From: Sminthopsis crassicaudata
Taxonomy: Eukaryota
Assembly (NCBI RefSeq): GCF_048593235.1
Contig: NC_133617.1
Span: 388,992,067-389,056,066 of the forward strand
DNA: 64,000 nucleotides
Direction of reading: 5' to 3'
The position numbers and the translations under genes are program-made. Of the stretch, positions 52,401 to 64,000 are shown piece after piece. The notes beneath the pieces are model-generated. The model saw nothing but the letters and a program-made list of their open reading frames with translations. It ran no database searches and was not told the DNA's origin. Each line of letters starts with the position of its first letter. Within the stretch, counting starts at the first letter, position 1.

Positions 52401-54769
52401 GCCATTCCAACTCTGGATTTCTTTCCCTCCTCATATCAGCTTTTCTTGCCCTCCTTCCAGTTCCAGCTAAATTCTCACTTTCTATAAGGAGTCCTTTCTG
52501 ATCCCCTTTAACATTAGTGCCTTCCCAGAAAGCTGGGAAAAGTTTTTACAGCCAGTGTTTCTGATAAAGGCCTCATTTCTAAAATAAGTAGAGTACTGAC
52601 TCAAATTTATAAAAATACAAGTCATTCTCTAATTGATAAATGGTCAAAGGACATGAACAATCTTCAGATGAAGAAATTAAATCACTATTGATTACAGAAA
52701 TGCAAACTCTGAGATACCACTACACACCTGTCAGATTGGCTAAGATGACAGGAAAAGATGAATGTTGGAGGGGATGTGGGAAAACTGGGACACTGATGCA
52801 TTGTTGGTGGAGTTGTGAAATGAGCCAATCATTCTGGAAAACAATTTAGAACTATACCCAAAAGACCATAAAACTGTGTATACTCTTTGATTCTGCAGTC
52901 TCACGGGGTCTATATCCCAAAGAAATCATAAAAGGAAAAGGACCCAAATGTGTAAAAAATGTTTGTAGCAGCCTTTTTTTTTTTTTAAATGGCAAAGAAC
53001 TATTAGTTGAATAGATGCCCATAAATTGGGGAATGGCTAAATAAGTTATGTATGTTATGGAACATTATTGTTCTATAAGAAATGATGAGTGGGCTGATTT
53101 CAGAAAAGGCCTGGAAAGACTAATATGAACTGATGCTAAGTGAAGTGAGCAGAACCAAGAGAACATTGTACACATTAACAGCGATTCTGTGTGATAATCA
53201 ACTGATGGACTTGGCTCTTCTCAACAATGTGGTGACTTCAATAGACTTGGGATCGAAAATGACAAATCACATCCAGAGAGAGAACTATGGAGCCTGAATG
53301 TGGATTGAAGCGGAGTATTTTCACCTTTTTCTGTTTTTTTTTTTTTCATGTGGTTCCCTCCCCATCCCCCTTTTGGTCCGATTTTTCTTACACAACATGA
53401 CAACAGAAATATACTTAAAAGGATCTGTAACCTCTATCAGATTGCTTACTGTCCTGGGGAGAGGAGGAGACAAGAGAGGGAAGAAAAATTGGAACACAGT
53501 CTTACAAAAATGAATGTTGAAAACTATCTTTACATGTACTTGGAAAAATAGAATACTATTGAGAAAAAAAAATTAGAGCCTTTCTTCTGTTAGTTATTTC
53601 CAATTTTCCCTGGACATAGTTTGCCTTTAATAGATACTTGCCCCCCACTCCCACTAAGATTTTCTTGAAAAACAAGATTGTCTTTGCTTTGGTTTGGGGG
53701 TTTGGTTTTTTTTTTTTTTTGGCCTTTCTTTTTACCTCCTGGAAGATATACCCTTCCTGGAAAATAATGGTCACTTAATGCTTGTTGAGTCCACTTGACA
53801 CTTAAAACTGTTAAATTTCTTAAGAGTAGAGTGGACATTATGTCTCTTGTACCTCTGTTTCACACTAGAAGGCACTTCTTGAATATTTATAAATGGATTC
53901 AAACCCAAACAAATGTGAGTTTCCTTGCCAGCAAATACCTTCGAGGCCCATAGGAAGCTATATCCCTGGGAGTCTGCGTGGGAGACAGAACAGGCAAGAG
54001 TAAGGACATCGAATTCTCAAGAGGAACAGTCCACACTTCCCAAATCTGGGCACTATGTCACCAATTTCAGCCCTCGGTGGTCCCCAACATGTCTGCTCCA
54101 GGACTATATGCTCCATGGGTCTATCAAAGGATAGTGTCGGTGCCTGAGTAAGGAGTTCAAATTCGGATGCAGACACGGAGTCATTTTGTGACTTCGGGCC
54201 ATCCACTTTCCCTGACCTGCCTCAGTTTCCCTTTCTGTAAAATGATGTACTTCGAGGAGAAAAAATGAGGTAATGGGGTACATAAATGCTGATGATTATT
54301 ATTACTGTTATTCCAATGGAAAGAACGCCGCCCGGGGAGGGGATCCACCTCTGGCACGGCAATGGCTAAGCCCACAGCTCCCTGCTGGCCTCAGTTTCTC
54401 TTTCTAGACGGCCCTTCTGACGCCGGCCTGGGACCCTACCGCCCCCGTGCTCCCACATCACCGGCGTCATTTTGCCCTTCGGTTCACCTTGTGACCCCTC
54501 ACCTCTCGCCCCCCACCCCACGGCGCGCACTCGCGTGGGTGCCTGAGGAGGGCTCGCTCCGCCTCCCTCCTCGCCCCGGGAGTGGAAGTGGGGGAGGGAA
54601 AGCCTATTGGGGGCGCCCTACCTCGGAAGCGGGTGACGGGCTGGTCTATGAGGAAGTTGAAAACGTCCGTCAGGATAGTGACCGGGTTGGGCAGCGAAGT
54701 GATCGGGTCGGGCGCCGGTGTGCGGCGCGGCGGCTCCGGGTACGCATCCTTGTCCCAGTCCTTGGGCAT
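49416..54769 (-). CDS. NDUFB10: NADH:ubiquinone oxidoreductase subunit B10, 4 exons, 176 aa
   Basis: Exons 54769-54622, 50163-50025, 49800-49661, 49519-49416; total 531 nt. Peptides [49 protein letters not shown] and [13 protein letters not shown]. Minus-strand AATAAA at 49354-49359. Confidence 0.97.
50573..50710 (+). mobile_element. SINE in NDUFB10 intron 1
   Basis: GGGCTGCTAGATGGTGCAGTG...GAATTCAAATC...GTGTGACCCTGGGCAA with an A tail. Confidence 0.8.
52540..53560 (+). mobile_element. L1 ORF2 C-terminus and 3' UTR in NDUFB10 intron 1 (antisense to the gene)
   Basis: [34 protein letters not shown] peptide followed by a 3' UTR. Confidence 0.85.
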
Positions 54770-55030
54770 CGCGGCCGCGGGGCGGTACGGGTTCCTCTAG
54801 GCCTCTGCTCTCAGCTCGCTCGCGGGGCGCCCCCACAAGTCGCGTTCCCCCTTCCCGAGCTCTCCCCTCCGCTGGCTTCGCGCGCGGCCTAGCTGCGGCA
54901 AAGGACGGTCAGAGGGGACCGGGCGGGGGCGGGGCCGCGAGTCCGCTTGCGCATTGGAGGCCATCCGTCCGGGCGCCGGCCCTACGCGCGGAGCACTGTG
55001 GGAATCGTAGTCCACAATGATTTATGGGCG
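54330..55030 (-). promoter_or_regulatory. NDUFB10 CpG-island promoter
   Basis: CpG-rich; NRF1-like TGCGCAAGCGG and CCAAT near 54944-54957; ZNF143/SBS-like ACTACGATTCCCACAGTGC at 55011-54993 (-). Confidence 0.75.
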
Positions 55031-56257
55031 GGGCTTAATCAGACGGTGAAAAAGTCTGGATCAGAGAGAATTAAGCATTGTTATTTGAGTTGAATTTCTG
55101 CTTTTATTTTATTGTTGTCGTTTTTTGCTTTTTGTTTTTTTCCCCCCCGAATTAGGCCTATTGGTTTTATCCTCCTATAAGTGACCCTCTCTACCATTGC
55201 CCATCAGCAAGTATGTGCAATTTATTGCAAAGTCAGCAAGCATTGATTAAATTGGTAAAACGCTCCCTGCGTTTAACCTCCTTAAACAAGGAGATTACAC
55301 TCTAATGGGAGATACAACGGATATAAATCAGAACATACAGTATAAAAGTGGAACACGTGTTAAATAACCTAAAGGAGACAGCACTAAAAGTCAGGAGGGA
55401 GGGAGCATGAGGAAGGCCCTTTAGAGGGGATGCTGCTGTGTCTTAGAGGAAGTTGGAGCCGCTACTGGGTCTGTATCCCAGGGAAACCATAAAGATGCGC
55501 AGAAATGTCTGTGACAAAGAACTGGAAAATGAGCCGGTGCCCGGGGTAGTGGAATATTATTTTATTGTTCTGTCTCTATAGATTGTTCTATAAAAAATGA
55601 AGAACGAGCTGATTTTACAAAGGTCTAGAAAGATGTAAGCTGGCCAGAACAAGCAGAACCAGGAATACATAGTACACGGTAACAGCAAGAATGGGTGATG
55701 ATCACGTGGAAGACTTAGTTCTTCTCAGTAGTTCAGTGATCCAAGGCAATTCTAATAAATTTTGGATAGAAAATGCCAGTTATATCTAGAAAATTAACCA
55801 TGAATGTTGAATGTCAATCAACACATGCTATGTTTAAAAAAAAAAAAAGGTGGGGGGGAGTTGGAGATCTGAAAATGAAAGGTTTCAGGGAAAGCATTCG
55901 GTAGGAGGCCAGTCAGTGCAAGAGCCCAGAGACAGGAGGAGGAGTGTCCACTCTGGCATGTGGGGGGGGAGAATAGATGGAAATGGGAGAAGCATGAGGC
56001 AGAGAAGGCTGTTACAATAACGTAGCTGAGATGGGAGAAGGTAGTTATGTCGTGGAGAGGAGGGATGTGCAAAAGGTAACACAAGGACCAGAACTAACAA
56101 ATACTGTCTGGGAAAAGGAGAGTGATAGCTGAGGAAGCCCCCAAGGTTGTGAGCCTGGGTGGCCTGAATGATGGTCATGCCCAGAACAATAGCAGTAAAG
56201 TTCAAAAGAGGAGAAGGCTTGGGGAAGCATAAGTTTTTGCTTGTTGGGTTTTTTTTT

Positions 56258-56261
<4 letters not shown>

Positions 56262-56305
<44 letters not shown>
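56262..56305. repeat. (TG)n microsatellite, about 22 units, next to a poly(T) run
   Basis: Seen directly in the sequence. Confidence 0.95.
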
Positions 56306-56309
<4 letters not shown>

Positions 56310-59300
56310 TGATGAGTTAGAGATACCTAGAGGATATAGGGTTTGAGTTCAAAGGTCATCCTGGAAGCACTTCTCCCTGCCCTGTGACTCCATTACAAAC
56401 TCATTTCTCCCCTCGGTATTCTTCAAGTCACCTAATTCTGTAGGTTTGGAATGATTCTTGTTATTTATTTATTTGCTTGTTTGTTTATTTATTTTTTAAT
56501 ACACATTGCTTTGTGAATCATGTTGAGAGAGAAAAGTCAGAGCCAAAGGGAATAAGCCATGGGATAAAAAAAAGAAAAAGATGTGAACCTAGCATGTGCT
56601 GATTTACATTTGTCTCCTTAGTTCTTGTTCTGGATGCAGAGGGCGTTTTAAGTCCAAAATCTTTTGGGATTGCTTTGGCTACAGTCATTCTTGGCTCTTC
56701 TCTTTTTGTCTCCCTCGGTATCCAATCAATTGTCAAGTCTTATAGCTTCTACTGCTACATTTCCTGTCTTCAAGTGACAGGAGTCTGGTACTAGTAATCC
56801 TTCTCTTCCAAATGCACCCAACAAATGCCCACAGCCAGCGTCCCCAGCCCAGTGCCCTGCCACGTGTCTGTCTCCGTTTTCTCTTCTGCCTGTCCTTCAG
56901 AATCAGTTCGTGTCACTGCCAGGCCTGGATATGTGTGAATCAGGGGGTGTCTTCTCAGTCAGCAAGCTCCTACCTTAAGTTCACTTGCAGCTTCAATATA
57001 CTCCAGAATGTTTCCAATAAAGTGCACCACCTCTCTTTTAAATGCTCCCATGCTAGGCTAACCACTGTAAGGGAGAGATTTTCTCTCTCCCTCATAATGT
57101 CTTCCCTTCAGTGGCGTCTTTCTCCTATAGCTAACTCTGGTCAGCCTGCCAGACAATGGCATCCTCAGGCCTCATGGGTCTTCCTTTAATGGGATCCTCC
57201 AAACCCCTTTCCTTGCTTTGTGCTCTCCCAACTCTATTCCATATTTACCACTCCTGGCGCCTATTTTACCTCTTTATTTTTTCTGTTATCTTTTCTCTTA
57301 AATAAATGTCCCTTTTGGCAAAGAGGAAGAAAAACATTCTCAGAGTGTGAGCAGGATAATTTTTGGCATTATCTTTATGTTACTCTTCTGATACTCCTTA
57401 GCCCCCACATGCAGGCTAGGCTAGTTTTCTGCTCAAAAGGCGGAGGGACTTCCTTCTACTGGAGACAGGCTTGGAATCTTGCAGTAGCTTCCTGATCATC
57501 TACATGTAAAATCCCAGCATGTGGAAATCTGGGTCCCTGAGGCTTGCAGGCTGGGCAAACAAAAACATACTCCATTGTAGAAAAGACTGAGGGGAGGGAA
57601 TGGGAGTCCCGAAGAATCCAAGTTATATCTTTGCAGAATAGTCTTTTTTCTGTTTTTGTTAAATAAATGTATCTTGTTAGTTAAATGATTTACAATTGTC
57701 TCATTTTGTTTTAATTCTAAACCCAAATCAGTGAACCACCCTCAGTCAGTTCTGGCCCAGAACACACCCTCCCTAAGACACACACTCCCTGTCCCCACCT
57801 TGAACTATTTCTACTAGCTGATAAAAAGCTCTTTCCCAAGTAGAATCAGGAATACAGTGTACCCAGTAATAGCAAAATTGAGTGATGATCAACTAGGAAA
57901 GACATGGTTCTTCTCAGTGGTTCAGTGATCCAAGGCAATCCCAATAGACCTTGGATAGAAAACGCATCCAGAAAGAAAACTGTGAAGGATGAATGTAAAT
58001 CAACACATACTATGTTCACTTTTATTTTCTGGTTTTTTTTTTTGCTTTTGTGTGGATTTTTCCTTTTTGTTCTGATTTTTCTCTCCCAACATGATTCACA
58101 AAGAAATGTATATTTAAAAAATTAATGTGCATTTATAACCAAAACAAAACAAAACAAAAAAACACCTCATAATAAAAAAAAGTTGTTTGTTTTTTTTTTT
58201 AAAGAGAAAAAAATAATAAAATAAAAAGCTCTTTCCACCCTTTTAATCCTCTCTCTTTTCCCTCCTCCCACCCCTTCCAGATCATTCCATTTTAAAAATT
58301 CAAACACATCTCCCAGTCTGAAATCAACTCACAGCTGAAGACCGCACAGTGGATAGAGTGCTGGGCCTGGAATCAGGAAGTCTCAAAAGTTCAAATTTGA
58401 CCTCAGATCTTTGTGATTCTGGTCAAATTACTTAAGTGACCCCAAGTTAAATTTCCAAAGTTTGACCCTTCTCCTACTTGATATCAGTTCTACAGTGAAT
58501 ACACATAGAAATAATAACAAGGAAGTCCATTTATCCAAATCATAGTAAAACAGAAACCAGAGAAAGTATACATAAGAGAATATATATATCAGATAATACA
58601 GAATGAAGGAGCTCTTCCATTGAGAGCAAGACAACTTAATTCAACCAAGGACAAATTTCAGAAATTAAAAAAGGTCATGAGTGGAAAAAATTGAAGAAGC
58701 CCCGTTATGCAGAATAAAAAGGAAATAGACAAGAGAGGGTAGAGATCAGAGGCAGGTGGACCCATAAACAGTTTAATTCAATAATCCAGGTGTGAGGGGA
58801 TGAGAGTTGCACCAGAAGTGTTGGCAGTGTCTTTGTGGCTCAATGCAGCACTTGTTTAAGTCAATTCTTTTTTGGTTGGAGAAAAAAAAAAAAAAAGAAC
58901 TGAATTTGGAGCTGGAAGACATGGCTCTGCTTTTCACCAACATGACCAAGTCACTTTTAACTTCTCAGGGCTTTGTTTCCTCAGATGAAAAACAAGGGAT
59001 TTGAACTAGATGATCTCTAAAACCCCTCTTGGCAATAAAGCTTTTAATAGCCTCAGGGCAGTGCTGCCAAGGTTGGTCAAGTGGCACTCCTCTGGAAGAA
59101 AGCTGCCTGGCAGGGCCTGCGGTGCAGGTGGTTGAGCCAGAAAGCAGGGGCTAGAGGAAGAAGAAGAATCCTTAGATCTTCCACTGTACCCCTCAACTCC
59201 CACCCCAAAGCCTCACTCCACAGCCTCTCCAGCCTTGGGCTATGCCTTCAAGACTGGTGCTCTGGCTTGCTGCCTCCTCTCCCTCTGCCCCTCCCCAACC

Positions 59301-59487
59301 CAGGGAATGTCCCTGAAGGGGGTGCTCTGCCTCTGACCTGCCCTTCTGTCCATCATGGGTGAAATGAATTCATCGAGAATAGAGCCAGGAGCTAAATTTG
59401 TGCCTGTGTCTGATCTGGGGCATTTGAAGCCATCAGCAGCCAGTCCAGGAGGTGCCCTTCTGCCCAGCAAGAACTTGCAAGGCGTCC

Positions 59488-63862
<4,375 letters not shown>

Positions 63863-64000
63863 GTCAGTCTGGCTGCAGCTCTGGAAGGCTCCCATTCTGG
63901 GCAGGTGTTGAGCCTCCATAGGGCCCTTCTTAGCTCCAAGGCAGTTATTTCAAATGTCAGGCTAAAAATAGCCCATGAGTGAGTCCCAACTCAAGGGAGG

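Noticed and set aside
54690-54720. About 6-aa insertion in the NDUFB10 N-terminus relative to human
   Set aside because: As recalled, mouse NDUFB10 (176 aa) has the same segment, so human is the derived form.
54362-54892. 176-aa plus-strand ORF opposite NDUFB10 exon 1
   Set aside because: CpG-island composition artefact with no homology I can recognise.

Overview
Mammalian genomic DNA, very likely from a dasyurid marsupial (Tasmanian-devil-like). This is inferred from WSINE1/Mar1-type SINEs and marsupial L1 3' UTRs. The right-hand 40 kb is the conserved cluster known from human 16p13.3, in reverse orientation: NOXO1 (+), TBL3 (-), RNF151 (-), a SNHG9-like host with SNORA78 (-), RPS2 (+) with an intronic SNORA64/SNORA10-family snoRNA, NDUFB10 (-), and the 5' half of RPL3L (+). 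I built full exon structures by hand from GT-AG sites and reading-frame continuity; all five complete genes are intact (409, 810, 230, 293 and 176 aa). The left-hand 24 kb is AT-rich, has no recognisable genes, is packed with L1, L2, CR1, SINE, mariner and LTR debris, and ends at a 283-N assembly gap. I found no wholly new biological system. The best leads are: (1) RPS2 appears to have one more intron than human RPS2, and that intron holds the snoRNA; (2) a second, unassigned H/ACA-like fold in RPS2 intron 6; (3) an L1 inserted at an RPS2 branch point, whose TSD duplicates the branch site and whose AATAAA is lost; (4) a compact twin TATA/TCT divergent promoter; (5) a NOXO1 C-terminal insertion resembling the p47phox autoinhibitory motif; (6) interleaved poly(A) signals at both convergent gene junctions. 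Orthology calls and human comparisons rest on recalled sequences, not database searches.
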